Assembly (NCBI GenBank): GCA_022570885.1
Contig: JACZYW010000002.1
Span: 1-39,490, forward strand
Source: Chloroflexota bacterium
Lineage (GTDB): Bacteria > Chloroflexota > Dehalococcoidia > DSTF01 > RBG-16-68-14
Reading direction: 5' to 3'
Length of the DNA stretch: 39,490 nt
In this document: positions 1-8,577 of the stretch, one piece after another
Layout: each line of letters opens with the position of its first letter
Position numbering within the stretch: the first letter of the stretch is position 1
The notes under the pieces: model-generated
What the model was told of the DNA's origin: nothing
The model's database searches: none
The model's input: the letters and a program-made list of their open reading frames with translations, nothing else
Position numbers and translations under genes: made by a program

Positions 1-628
1 GGCGGGGCAGCGTACCCCACTCGATCACCGCGACAGGCGTGGCCGCGTCGCGTCCACCGGCGATCAGCCGCTCGACGATCTGCGGCAGCCGGCCGACGCC
101 CATATACAGCACGAGCGTATCGACGGCGGTGGCCAGCTTCGCCCAGTCTACGTCCTGTTCGTCTTTCGTCGGGTCCTCGTGGCCGGTGACGAAGGCGACG
201 GAGGAGGCGACGCCGCGCTGGGTGATCGGGATGCCCGCGTAGGCAGAGGCGGCGATGGCGGCCGTGACGCCCGGCACGACGGTGAAGGGGACGCCGGCTG
301 CGGCCAGCACTTCGGCCTCCTCCCCGCCGCGACCGAAGACGAACGGGTCGCCGCCCTTGAGACGCACCACTCGCCTACCATCGCGACCGCGGGCCACCAA
401 CAGCGTGTTGATTTCTTCCTGGGACATGGTGTGCTGCTCCGCCGATTTGCCGACGAAGATCCGCTCCGCCTGCGACGGCGCGAGCTCCAGCAGTCGCGGG
501 TGCGCCAGCCGGTCGTAGACGACGACGTCCGCCCCGGCGAGCGCCTCGACGGCGGCGACGGTGATCAGGCCCGGATCGCCCGGCCCCGCGCCGACGAGGA
601 AGACGTGGCCGCGCTGTTGCTCGCTCAT
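1..628 (-). CDS. cobA: uroporphyrinogen-III C-methyltransferase (SUMT), first ~209 codons; 3' end runs off the left edge
   Basis: Absent from the ORF track because there is no stop in the window. The reverse complement from ATG at 628-626 reads MSEQQRGHVFLVGAGPGDPGLITVAAVEAL..., the typical SUMT/CysG-C GAGPGDPxLxT start. Same strand as hemA-hemC and downstream of them. Confidence 0.85.
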   Translation of the reverse strand, partial: MSEQQRGHVFLVGAGPGDPGLITVAAVEALAGADVVVYDRLAHPRLLELAPSQAERIFVGKSAEQHTMSQEEINTLLVARGRDGRRVVRLKGGDPFVFGRGGEEAEVLAAAGVPFTVVPGVTAAIAASAYAGIPITQRGVASSVAFVTGHEDPTKDEQDVDWAKLATAVDTLVLYMGVGRLPQIVERLIAGGRDAATPVAVIEWGTLPR

Positions 629-684
629 CGAACGCTTATCGTGCGCTGCTTTATCATCTGTTGGACGGGATTCAGCTATCACTT

Positions 685-802
685 GTGGGACAGGCTTCAG
701 CCTGTCTACCCTCTCGCCTTTTTTCGCTTGGCCGGGCCGACCTAAAGGTCGGCCCCTACGAACTTGGTGCCACCTCGTAGGGACAGACCTTTAGGTCTGT
801 CC
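685..802. repeat. cluster of three perfect GC-rich stem-loops in the hemC-cobA gap
   Basis: GACAGGC-ttca-GCCTGTC (689-706), GGGCCGACC-taaa-GGTCGGCCC (734-755) and GGACAGACC-ttta-GGTCTGTCC (781-802). 685-706 is the reverse complement of the 22-mer at 11860-11881. Confidence 0.8.
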
Positions 803-915
803 GCTGAGCACTCATTACTTCACCTCACCGTCTCCACTTCTTCGGTGTGAAGCACGCAGCCGCCCCCCTACGACGTGGTACGAACGGCCGGCGTGGGAAT
901 CTGTCCTTTCGGCCG

Positions 916-1860
916 TCATCTCGTCTCCGCCTCCACGAACGCCGACGCGCCCTGCGCGAGCAGCCGCTCGGCGAGCTGGATACCGATCGATTCGGCCTCC
1001 TCGGCCGGGCCGCTCGCCTCCGCCCGGAAGGCGCTGCCGCCCTCTGCGTCCGAGATGAAGCCGCGCACCCGCAGCGTGTCTCCCTCGATCTCCGCCAGCG
1101 CGCCGAAGGGCAGCCGGCAGCCGCCGCCCAGCCGCGCGAGGAACGCCCGCTCCGATTCGCAAGCGAGACGGCTCTCGCGGTGGTCGATCGCGGCGAGTAG
1201 CTCGATCAGCTCAGCGTCGCCGGCGCGGGCATCGCCAGCGCGGACTTGAACAGCAATCGCGCCCTGGCCGACGGCCGAGAGCATGCGGTCGGGCGCGAGC
1301 AGCTCGGCGGCGCGGTCGAGGAGGCCGAGCCGTCCCAGGCCGGCGGCGGCCAGCAGCACCGCGTCCACTTCACCCTCGTCCACTTTGCGAATTCGCGTTT
1401 CCACGTTGCCACGGATGTCCACCGGCTCCAGGTCCGCGCGCAGGGCGCGAAGCTGGACGGCGCGGCGAGCGCTGCCCGTGCCGACGCGCGCGCCTTCGGG
1501 AAGCGTCGCGATGGTGGCCCCGCCACGGGAGACGAGGGCGTCGCGGGGATCGGCGCGCTGGGGGATAGCGGCCACGGTTAGGCCGGAGGCAAGATCGGCC
1601 GGCATGTCTTTCAGGCTATGCACCGCCAGGTCCACTTCGCCGCGCAGCAGGGCCGCCTCCAGCTCTTTGACGAAGACGCCCTGCCCCCCGATGCTCGACA
1701 GCGATACCTGCGACCGCTCGTCGCCTTCGGTGCGCACCTCGCGCACCTCGAATTGCAGCTCGGGGTGGTGCTCGCGCAGCGCCTCGATGACGAGCTCTGT
1801 CTGACGCAGAGCGAGCCGGCTGCCGCGAGTGCCGACGGTGAAGGCGCGCCGAGCGGCCAC
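916..1860 (-). CDS. hemC: hydroxymethylbilane synthase (porphobilinogen deaminase)
   Basis: ORF 916..1962 reads ...FTVGTRGSRLALRQTELV...VHSLKDMP...GNVETR..., a HemC-like sequence. I trimmed the start to the in-frame GTG at 1860 (VAARRAFTVGTRGS), directly after the hemA stop (1862-1864). The longer N-terminus overlaps hemA and is not protein-like. Confidence 0.9.
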   Translation of the reverse strand: MAARRAFTVGTRGSRLALRQTELVIEALREHHPELQFEVREVRTEGDERSQVSLSSIGGQGVFVKELEAALLRGEVDLAVHSLKDMPADLASGLTVAAIPQRADPRDALVSRGGATIATLPEGARVGTGSARRAVQLRALRADLEPVDIRGNVETRIRKVDEGEVDAVLLAAAGLGRLGLLDRAAELLAPDRMLSAVGQGAIAVQVRAGDARAGDAELIELLAAIDHRESRLACESERAFLARLGGGCRLPFGALAEIEGDTLRVRGFISDAEGGSAFRAEASGPAEEAESIGIQLAERLLAQGASAFVEAETR

Positions 1861-1861
1861 C

Positions 1862-3157
1862 TTAGGCCTCGAGTCCGGTTTCCCCGGGAGGAATGTCCGT
1901 CTGGGCCTTCTCTTCCGCCGGGAGCTCATCATCCAGACTGAAGAGCTCGCGAACGGCGCCAACGTAGCGTTCGCCGTCGGCCCCCCGGAGGCGAGTGATC
2001 GGATCGTGTAGCAGCTTCTTGACCAGGGCGTTCGTCATCGCCTCCACCCGCTCCTGCTGCTGCGGGGTGAGGTCCTTCAGGCGTTTGAACGTGCGGGCCA
2101 CCTCCGTCCGCCGTGTTTCCTCGGCGCTGGCGAGGAGCGCGGTCACCGTCGGCACCACGCCACGGGCGCGCAGCCATTCGCCGAAGCGTACGAGCTCTTC
2201 GTCGACGATGCGCTCGACGTTCGCGACCTCCCGCCGGCGAGCGTTCATGTTCTGCTCGATCAGCGCCTGGAGGTCATCGATGTCGTACAGATGAACGCCC
2301 GGCAGCTCGCGCACCGCCGGATCGACGTCACGGGGCACGGCGATATCGATGAGGAGCAGCTCGCGGCCGTTGCGGCCACGCATCGCCCCGACGACATCGT
2401 TCTTGCTGATGAGGAAGTCAGGCGCAGCGCTGGAGCTGATGACGATGTCCGAATCCGCCATCGCCTGCTCCAACTCCTTGAAGGGCACGGCCTTGCCGTC
2501 CAGATCGGCTGCCAGCTCGCGAGCGCGGCTGGCCGTGCGATTCGTGACCAGCAATTTCGAGGCGCCGCTCTGGGCCAGGCTGCGGGCGGCCAGCTTGCCG
2601 GCCTCGCCCGCGCTCACCACCAGCACGGAGCGGTTCGAGAGGTCACCCAGCGTGCGGCGGGCGAGCGCCACCGCTGTCGAGCTGATCGAGACGGCGTGGC
2701 GGCCGATGTGGGTCTGGCTGCGCGCCCGCCGGCCGCTGCGGATCGCGCCGTGGAAGAGGCGAGAGAGGACGGCGTTGTGGGTACCGGCGGCCGTCGCGGC
2801 GGAGAAGGCAGCGCGCACCTGCCCCAGGATCTCCGACTCTCCCAGCACCATCGACTCGATCCCCGCGGCCACCCGATAGAGATGGCGCGTCGCCTCGTCG
2901 CCGGTGCTGTGGTAGAAGGCGTCGTCCGGAGCATCGACGTCGCCCTTCAGCTCGCGCAGCAGCGCGATGACGGATTTCGCTGTGACCGTGTGTGGGACGG
3001 CCAGATAGACCTCGGTCCGGTTGCAGGTGGATAGCACCGCAACCGCGCCGCCGAAGCGCGGCAGCGCGTCCGGCAGCTCTTCCGACGAGAACGCGAAGCG
3101 CTCGCGCACGGCGACCGGCGCTGTTTTGTGGCTGATGCCGACGAGGATGATCTCCAT
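1862..3157 (-). CDS. hemA: glutamyl-tRNA reductase
   Basis: 431 aa. MEIILVGISHKTAPVAVRERFAF..., the LSTCNRTEVY catalytic-Cys motif, and a Rossmann segment VLVVSAGEAGKLAA. Confidence 0.95.
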   Translation of the reverse strand: MEIILVGISHKTAPVAVRERFAFSSEELPDALPRFGGAVAVLSTCNRTEVYLAVPHTVTAKSVIALLRELKGDVDAPDDAFYHSTGDEATRHLYRVAAGIESMVLGESEILGQVRAAFSAATAAGTHNAVLSRLFHGAIRSGRRARSQTHIGRHAVSISSTAVALARRTLGDLSNRSVLVVSAGEAGKLAARSLAQSGASKLLVTNRTASRARELAADLDGKAVPFKELEQAMADSDIVISSSAAPDFLISKNDVVGAMRGRNGRELLLIDIAVPRDVDPAVRELPGVHLYDIDDLQALIEQNMNARRREVANVERIVDEELVRFGEWLRARGVVPTVTALLASAEETRRTEVARTFKRLKDLTPQQQERVEAMTNALVKKLLHDPITRLRGADGERYVGAVRELFSLDDELPAEEKAQTDIPPGETGLEA

Positions 3158-3203
3158 CAGTCACCGTCGGGCTGAAGCCCGGCCTGCAGAAGCTCTACAG
3201 CCA

Positions 3204-3875
3204 CTACGCCCCTGCTTCACTCGCTACACCGACCAGCTCTTCGACAAGCTCGCCGGCGCCGAGCGCCTTCAGCAGCCGCGTCTTTGCCTGGCGATACTTG
3301 CGCTGGGCCAGCAACACTCGCAGCTCTTCGTCGATCGCTTCCTGCCAGACCTCCTGGTCCGGTGTGATGCCGCGCGAATGCAGGTCGCGCCGCACCTCCG
3401 CGAGCAGATCGGCCAGGGCCGGCATCTCTTCGGTTAGGTACGCCTCCAGCTCCTCGCGCAGGCGGCGAGCGAGCGCTGGGCTCGTCCCGCCGGTAGACGC
3501 AGCAATGGTAATCGAACCGCGACGGATCACCGCGGGCAGGATGAAGTCACAGTTGATCGGATCGTCCGATGCGTTCACCCAGACGCCGTGGCTTCGCCCC
3601 TCAGCGAAGACCTGGGCGTTGACGGCGCCGTCGTCCGTCGCCACCATGCACATCTCATAGTCCTTGATATCGCTCTCCGCGTACTCGCGCTGTTGGCAGT
3701 CGATCTCCCCGGCGGCCAGCAATCGCTGCAGCTCCTTAGTCAACGTTGGGGCGATGACGGTGACGCTGGCGCCGGCGGCAAGCAACCCCTCTATTTTGCG
3801 TTGAGCTATCCTGCCGCCACCGACGACCAGGCAGCGTCGATCTTTGAGCTCGAGAAAGATAGGATAGTACGCCAT
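3204..3875 (-). CDS. precorrin-2 dehydrogenase / sirohydrochlorin ferrochelatase (SirC/Met8/CysG-N family)
   Basis: 223 aa. MAYYPIFLELKDRRCLVVGGGRIAQRKIEGLLAAGASVTVIAP is the characteristic N-terminal Rossmann fold of siroheme synthase N-domain proteins. Sits in the hem operon. Confidence 0.85.
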   Translation of the reverse strand: MAYYPIFLELKDRRCLVVGGGRIAQRKIEGLLAAGASVTVIAPTLTKELQRLLAAGEIDCQQREYAESDIKDYEMCMVATDDGAVNAQVFAEGRSHGVWVNASDDPINCDFILPAVIRRGSITIAASTGGTSPALARRLREELEAYLTEEMPALADLLAEVRRDLHSRGITPDQEVWQEAIDEELRVLLAQRKYRQAKTRLLKALGAGELVEELVGVASEAGA

Positions 3876-4555
3876 TAGCCACGCTCCTCCGGCACGGCCG
3901 CCGTTGCCTTATCGCCAATCGAGCTTTCATACGCCTCCGTCAGGCCGACCAGCACTTGATCGGCAATGGTAGTGACCTGCTCATACGCGGTGAGGGCCTC
4001 GGCGGCGGAGAGGTCTTGGCGCTGGCTGGCTTGTTTGGTCGCGTCGTCCAGGCTGCGCCGGAAGAAGATGAACGCCTCTACCGCTTGGGTTAGCGGAAAG
4101 CCAGCGGCGGCCAGCTCGCGGCCGTACTCATGGCCAAGGGCGCGGGCATCTTTCAACAGCGAGGCGCGGCGCGTACGCCGCCCCAGATATTCCGCCGCCA
4201 GCGTGGCCAGCCGCCGGCCCAGCGGGCGCAGCCGCTCCCGAATCGAGTCGTCCACCGTCGCGTACCAGGAGGACTCCTGCGCGGGACGGCGGTGGAGCTG
4301 TCGTCGAACGCGGGTGATCGCCAGCTCGCCCAACTCCTGGTAGCGCTGGCCATTGTGGCCGCGGCCGGCGAGAAGCTCCTGCAGGTCGGACTCGGCGAAA
4401 CGGCGATGGCCGCCGGGGGTGCGGAAAGCGTGCACGTGGCCGCCGTCCGCCCAGCGGCGTAGCGTCGATTCGTCGACGCCCAGCATGCGGCAGGCCTGGC
4501 CCAGGGTGAACCAGCGAACTTCAGGTGAGGGTGGTTGAGGGGTGCGCGAAGCCAT
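3875..4555 (-). CDS. MerR-superfamily / excisionase-type HTH DNA-binding protein with an uncharacterised helical C-terminal domain
   Basis: 226 aa. The N-terminal FTLGQACRMLGVDESTLRRWADGGHVHAFRTPGGHRRF is an HTH_17/MerR-like motif. Its TAA stop (3875-3877) overlaps the ATG of the sirC-like gene by 1 nt (TAATG). Confidence 0.7.
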   Translation of the reverse strand: MASRTPQPPSPEVRWFTLGQACRMLGVDESTLRRWADGGHVHAFRTPGGHRRFAESDLQELLAGRGHNGQRYQELGELAITRVRRQLHRRPAQESSWYATVDDSIRERLRPLGRRLATLAAEYLGRRTRRASLLKDARALGHEYGRELAAAGFPLTQAVEAFIFFRRSLDDATKQASQRQDLSAAEALTAYEQVTTIADQVLVGLTEAYESSIGDKATAAVPEERG

Positions 4556-4604
4556 AAATCTACCTAAATCTAAGTAATTATAACAGACTGTTGGCGTTAG
4601 CTAG

Positions 4605-4633
4605 ATTTTATTGGACGTGGAAGTTTGTGTCAA
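4605..4633 (-). promoter_or_regulatory. sigma70-type promoter for the HTH-hem operon
   Basis: On the minus strand: TTGACA (4633-4628), a 17-nt spacer, then TAAAAT (4610-4605), inside a locally AT-rich stretch 4556-4680. A second TATAAT lies at 4582-4577. Confidence 0.6.
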
Positions 4634-4726
4634 TAGGCTGTACTCGTCCAGTACATTAGTGACACTCTACTAACCCTTCCCGGCATGAGCGAGCTCGCGC
4701 AGGTACTGGTGCGGGGTGCGGTAGCC

Positions 4727-4756
4727 GAGGGCTTCGGCGTGAGCTCAGCCGAACGG
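4727..4756. repeat. 30-nt hairpin-forming intergenic repeat, copy 1
   Basis: GAGGGCTTCGGCGTGAGCTCAGCCGAACGG. Copy 2 at 15958-15987 differs at 2 positions. Contains the TTCGGC...GCCGAA stem. Confidence 0.8.
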
Positions 4757-4783
4757 CTGAACCCCGTCCAGCGGCGGAATGGC

Positions 4784-5575
4784 TCACGCCAGCCCGACGA
4801 GCGTGTCGAGGCCGCGCACGAGCTCCCGGCGGTTCATCACCTCTCGCGTGGCGAGGAGGACGCCCGGCATGAACGATTCGCGGCCGATGGAATCGTGGCG
4901 GATGGAGAGCGTCTGGCCCCGGCCGCCGAAGATCACCTCCTGGTGCGCGACCAGGCCGGGCAGCCGCACGCTGTGGATGGTGACGCCTTCGACATCGCCA
5001 CCGCGGGTGCCGGGCACCGTCTCGTTCTCCGGCACGTTGCGATCGAACGGCTTGCCGCGAGCGGCCAACATCAGGCGGGCGGTGGTGAGAGCGGTGCCGG
5101 AAGGCGCGTCGACTTTCCCATCGTGGTGCAGTTCGATGATCTCGACGGCATCGAAGAAGCGGGCCGCCACCTTCGCCGCGTGCATCAGCAAGATCGCGCC
5201 GATGGCGTAGTTGGCGGTCACCACAGCGCCCACCTCGCGCTCGCGGCAGCGCGCCTCCAGTTCGTCGAGCCAGCTATCGGGCAGCCCGGTGGTGCCGATC
5301 ACCAGCCGCACGCCTCGCTCCAGCGCTGCGTCCGCCACGAGCGGCGTCCAGCCGGCGTTGGTGAAGTCGACCACGACGTCCGGTTTCGTGCGCTCCAACA
5401 GCGACGGCACGTCGGCGCTCATCGGCACGACGCCGCCGCCCGGCAGCGCGAACTCATCCTCAGACGAGAACTTCTCGAGGACGCCGACGGGCTCCATGTC
5501 CGGCTCGCCGCTGACGGCGGCCAGCACCTCGCGGCCCATGTTGCCCGTTCCGCTGACGACGACACGAATAGTCAT
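4784..5575 (-). CDS. dapB: 4-hydroxy-tetrahydrodipicolinate reductase
   Basis: ORF 4784..5647. I chose the internal ATG at 5575 (MTIRVVVSGTGNMGREV, an NAD-binding start). The signature ELHHDGKVDAPSGTA is present. Confidence 0.9.
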   Translation of the reverse strand: MTIRVVVSGTGNMGREVLAAVSGEPDMEPVGVLEKFSSEDEFALPGGGVVPMSADVPSLLERTKPDVVVDFTNAGWTPLVADAALERGVRLVIGTTGLPDSWLDELEARCREREVGAVVTANYAIGAILLMHAAKVAARFFDAVEIIELHHDGKVDAPSGTALTTARLMLAARGKPFDRNVPENETVPGTRGGDVEGVTIHSVRLPGLVAHQEVIFGGRGQTLSIRHDSIGRESFMPGVLLATREVMNRRELVRGLDTLVGLA

Positions 5576-5612
5576 ACTCGCGCTCAGGGTACACCCTCTG
5601 GGAGGAGAACAG

Positions 5613-5643
5613 AAGACGCCCCCAACAATGTTGGGGGCGTCTT
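5613..5643 (-). terminator. strong hairpin between the pnp stop and the dapB start (possible terminator or attenuator)
   Basis: AAGACGCCCCCAAC-aat-GTTGGGGGCGTCTT, a 14-bp perfect stem. On the minus strand it is followed by TCTGTTCTCC, which is only partly U-rich. Confidence 0.45.
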
Positions 5644-5662
5644 TCACGCTATCGCTGTTGGC

Positions 5663-8101
5663 CTATCGGCGGAACGGCCCCGAGCCCAGGTTGGGGCCGG
5701 GCCGATCCGAGAGCGGCCGCGGGGGGCCTCGCCTGCTACCGCCACCACCAGGGCCTCTGCCGCCACCAGGGCCGCCTCGACCGCCACCAGGGCCGCCTCG
5801 ACCGCCACCAGGGCCGCCTCTACCGCCGCCAGGGCCACCTCTGCCACCGCCAGGGCCGCCTCTGCCGCCACCGGGGCCGCCTCTACCGCCGCCGGGGCCG
5901 CCTCGACCGGGCGGGCCCGAACGCCCTTCCCGCGGCGGACGGTCGTCAGAGCGCGGCCGATCAGGGGAGTCGCCGCGGTCGCTCGGTGGACGTCCCGCAG
6001 GGGCGCCTACTGCGTCTGGCGGTGGGCCATCTTCGCCGGCCATGGCGGCGCGACGGGAGAGGTTGATCCTCCCCATCGCGTCGATCTCGATCACCTTCAC
6101 TTCGATTTCGTCGCCCAGCGACACCACGTCCTCGACCGTCGGCACGTGGTAGTCGGCCAGTTCGCCGATACGGACCAGGCCGTCCTTGCCGCCCGGAATC
6201 TCGACGAACGCGCCGAAGTCCATGATGCGCGTGACTCTGCCGGTGTAGGTCTCGCCTACTTCGATATCCTTCGTCAGCCCTTCGATGATGGCGACGGCCT
6301 TCTGCGCCATCTCCGCGTCGGCAGAGCCCACGTAGACAGTACCGTCGTCTTCCACATCGACGCTGCACTTCGTCTCCTCGATGATCGAGCGGATGACCCG
6401 GCCGCCGGGGCCGATGACGGTGCCGATCTTCTCGACGGGGATCTGGATCCTGATCAGCCGTGGCGCCCACTGGGAGAGCTCATCGCGCGGTGCGGAGATC
6501 GTCTCGGTGATCTTGTCCAGAATGAAGAGCCGCGCCACTTTCGCCTGCTCCAGCGCCTTCTCCATGATCTCCACGGTGATGCCTTTAACCTTGATATCCA
6601 TCTGAAGAGCGGTAATGCCCTCGGCGGTACCGGCTACCTTGAAGTCCATGTCGCCTAAGGAGTCCTCATAGCCGGCGATGTCCGTGAGGATCGTGTAGGC
6701 ATCGCCCTCGCCCTTTATCAGCCCCATCGCGATGCCGGCCACCGGCGCCTTGATCGGCACGCCGGCGTCCATCAGCGAGAGCGTGCTGCCGCAGACGCTC
6801 GCCATCGAGGTGCTGCCGTTGCTGGAGAGCACCTCCGAGACGAGACGGATCGTGTAGGCGAACTCCTCTTCGCTGGGAAGCACCGCTTCTAGCGCGCGCT
6901 CCACCAGCGCCCCGTGTCCGACCTCGCGGCGGCCCGGCCCCCGCATCGGCCGCGTCTCGCCCACGGAGAAGGACGGGAAGTTGTAATGGTGGAGGAATCG
7001 CTTCTTCTCCTGAGGCGCGAGGTTATCGAGCCGTTGCTGGTCGCCGGTAGAGCCCAGCGTGGCGATGCTCAACACCTGGGTCTCGCCGCGAGTGAAGAGA
7101 CCGGAGGCGTGCGCGCGCGGCACGATGCCCACGCTGCAGGAGATCGGGCGGATCTCCGTCGGATCGCGGCCGTCCGGCCGGGCGCCGCGCTCCAAGATCG
7201 CCCCGCGCACCGTCTCTTTCACCACCTGGCTCAGCGCCTCGACGATCTCCTTTTCGTCGAACTGCTCGCCGAGGCGATCCACCAGCTCCTGCCGGCGCGC
7301 CCTCATCGCCGCGCTGCGCTCGTCTGCAGCGCTGACGAGTTCGTCCAGCTTGCCCTCTAGCGCGGACTGCACGGCATCCTTCACTTCCGGGCGAAGCGTC
7401 GCTGTCTCGAACTCGAGCTTCGGCTTGCCAACTTTGGCGATCAGCTCATCCTGGAGGTCCAGGACATCGCCGTTCACCCCCTGGCCGAACTCGATCGCCT
7501 CCAGCACGATGCTCTCCGGCACCTCGAGGGCGCCGGCTTCGACCATCATCACGGCGTCGCGCGTGCCTGCGACGATGAGGTCCAGCCCACTCTCTTCGAG
7601 CTGGGAATACGTCGGGTTAATGAGAAACTCGCCGTCGATGTAGCCGATGCGCACCGAGCTGATCGGCCCGGCGAACGGTATCTCCGATATCGAGAGCGCG
7701 GCGGAAGCGCCGATGGTGCCGAGCACATCGGGCACCTGCTCCCTGTCGACGGAGAGGACAGTGATGATCACCTGGACGTCGTTGCGAAAACCTTTGGGGA
7801 AGAGCGGGCGGATCGGCCGGTCGGTGAGGCGACAGGCCAGGATCGCATCGGTGCTCGGCCGCCCTTCGCGACGGAAAAAGCTGCCGGGGATCTTGCCGGC
7901 AGCGTACATGCGCTCTTCAAAGTCTACCGTGAGCGGGAACCAATCGATCCCCTCTCGTGGCTTGTCGCTCACACAGGCGGTCGCCAGCAGCATGATGTCT
8001 CCGTAGCGAACGGTGACTGCGCCGCCGGCCAATCCGGCCAGCTCTCCTACTTCCAACGTGAGCGGTAACGCTCCAATCGTGCGTTCAAATCGTTCCACCA
8101 T
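5663..8101 (-). CDS. pnp: polyribonucleotide nucleotidyltransferase (PNPase) with a ~128-aa Gly/Arg/Pro-rich C-terminal extension
   Basis: 812 aa. Two RNase PH-like cores ([33 protein letters not shown]), a KH domain ([14 protein letters not shown]) and an S1 domain ([20 protein letters not shown]), then a tail containing 7x GGPGGGR. Confidence 0.97.
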   Translation of the reverse strand: MVERFERTIGALPLTLEVGELAGLAGGAVTVRYGDIMLLATACVSDKPREGIDWFPLTVDFEERMYAAGKIPGSFFRREGRPSTDAILACRLTDRPIRPLFPKGFRNDVQVIITVLSVDREQVPDVLGTIGASAALSISEIPFAGPISSVRIGYIDGEFLINPTYSQLEESGLDLIVAGTRDAVMMVEAGALEVPESIVLEAIEFGQGVNGDVLDLQDELIAKVGKPKLEFETATLRPEVKDAVQSALEGKLDELVSAADERSAAMRARRQELVDRLGEQFDEKEIVEALSQVVKETVRGAILERGARPDGRDPTEIRPISCSVGIVPRAHASGLFTRGETQVLSIATLGSTGDQQRLDNLAPQEKKRFLHHYNFPSFSVGETRPMRGPGRREVGHGALVERALEAVLPSEEEFAYTIRLVSEVLSSNGSTSMASVCGSTLSLMDAGVPIKAPVAGIAMGLIKGEGDAYTILTDIAGYEDSLGDMDFKVAGTAEGITALQMDIKVKGITVEIMEKALEQAKVARLFILDKITETISAPRDELSQWAPRLIRIQIPVEKIGTVIGPGGRVIRSIIEETKCSVDVEDDGTVYVGSADAEMAQKAVAIIEGLTKDIEVGETYTGRVTRIMDFGAFVEIPGGKDGLVRIGELADYHVPTVEDVVSLGDEIEVKVIEIDAMGRINLSRRAAMAGEDGPPPDAVGAPAGRPPSDRGDSPDRPRSDDRPPREGRSGPPGRGGPGGGRGGPGGGRGGPGGGRGGPGGGRGGPGGGRGGPGGGRGGPGGGRGPGGGGSRRGPPRPLSDRPGPNLGSGPFRR
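5739..5906. repeat. 21-bp in-frame tandem repeat: 7 clean units plus 1 degenerate unit
   Basis: Units of ccgccaccagggccgcctcga start at 5760, 5781, 5802, 5823, 5844, 5865 and 5886, with a degenerate unit at 5739. They encode the GGPGGGR heptads of the PNPase tail on the minus strand. Confidence 0.95.
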
Positions 8102-8227
8102 ACGGTGTACCTAGCCTCCTATGAGATGAGTTGTGCTACAGGCTCCCGTTCTCCAGCGAGAACTCAGGCGGCCTGCAGTCTTTGGTTGTTTCTCTTCGTG
8201 TTCTTCGTGGCCCGGTGTGGGCTTCGG

Positions 8228-8256
8228 CGCCGATTCGGCGGGCGCGGATTCGCGCC
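8228..8256 (-). promoter_or_regulatory. tandem GC hairpins in the rpsO-pnp intergenic leader
   Basis: CGCC-gattc-GGCG (8228-8240) and GGCGCG-gatt-CGCGCC (8241-8256), within the 209-nt gap. An AGGAGG RBS precedes the pnp ATG. Confidence 0.4.
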
Positions 8257-8310
8257 GGTAGTGTGGTGTGTACTCCCCTCTTCCTTCCTACCGATATGAA
8301 GAGGCCCCCG

Positions 8311-8577
8311 TTACTTGCGGAGGCCTAGCTTGCTGAGGACGGCTCGATAGCGCGGCAAATCCGTCCTGCTCAGATACGCCAGTTGCCGGCGACGCTGCCC
8401 TACCAACTTGAGGAGTCCGCGCTGAGAATGGTAGTCATGCTTGTGTACGCGCATGTGCGCCGTCAACTCGGTGATCCGCTGGGTGAGGAGTGCAACCTGT
8501 AGCTCCGAGGAGCCGGTATCCCCTTCGTGTAGGGCGTGCTCCTGGATAATGGTCGCTTTTTGTTCCTTCGTTAGCAT
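8311..8577 (-). CDS. rpsO: 30S ribosomal protein S15
   Basis: 88 aa. ...[39 protein letters not shown]..., a canonical S15 sequence, directly upstream of pnp. Confidence 0.97.
   Translation of the reverse strand: MLTKEQKATIIQEHALHEGDTGSSELQVALLTQRITELTAHMRVHKHDYHSQRGLLKLVGQRRRQLAYLSRTDLPRYRAVLSKLGLRK

Noticed and set aside
916-1962. Longest-ORF starts for hemC (1962), dapB (5647), degV (8441), DUF3105 (9986), TlpA-2 (30931) and the membrane protein (16585)
   Set aside because: The extensions overlap upstream genes or promoters and lack protein-like sequence. Internal starts with an RBS or gene-junction logic were chosen instead (1860, 5575, 8702, 10226, 30820, 16555). The exact starts remain predictions.
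5739-5906. Regular 21-bp repeats considered as a possible CRISPR or minisatellite locus
   Set aside because: The units are contiguous with no spacers. They are in frame and lie inside the pnp reading frame, encoding GGPGGGR heptads. There are no cas genes in the window.
4685-6658. 657-aa plus-strand ORF, the longest non-annotated ORF in the track
   Set aside because: It is entirely antisense to dapB and pnp, both of which have unmistakable family signatures. Its sequence is low-complexity ([17 protein letters not shown]..., the mirror image of the RGG repeat). This is a typical shadow ORF of high-GC DNA.
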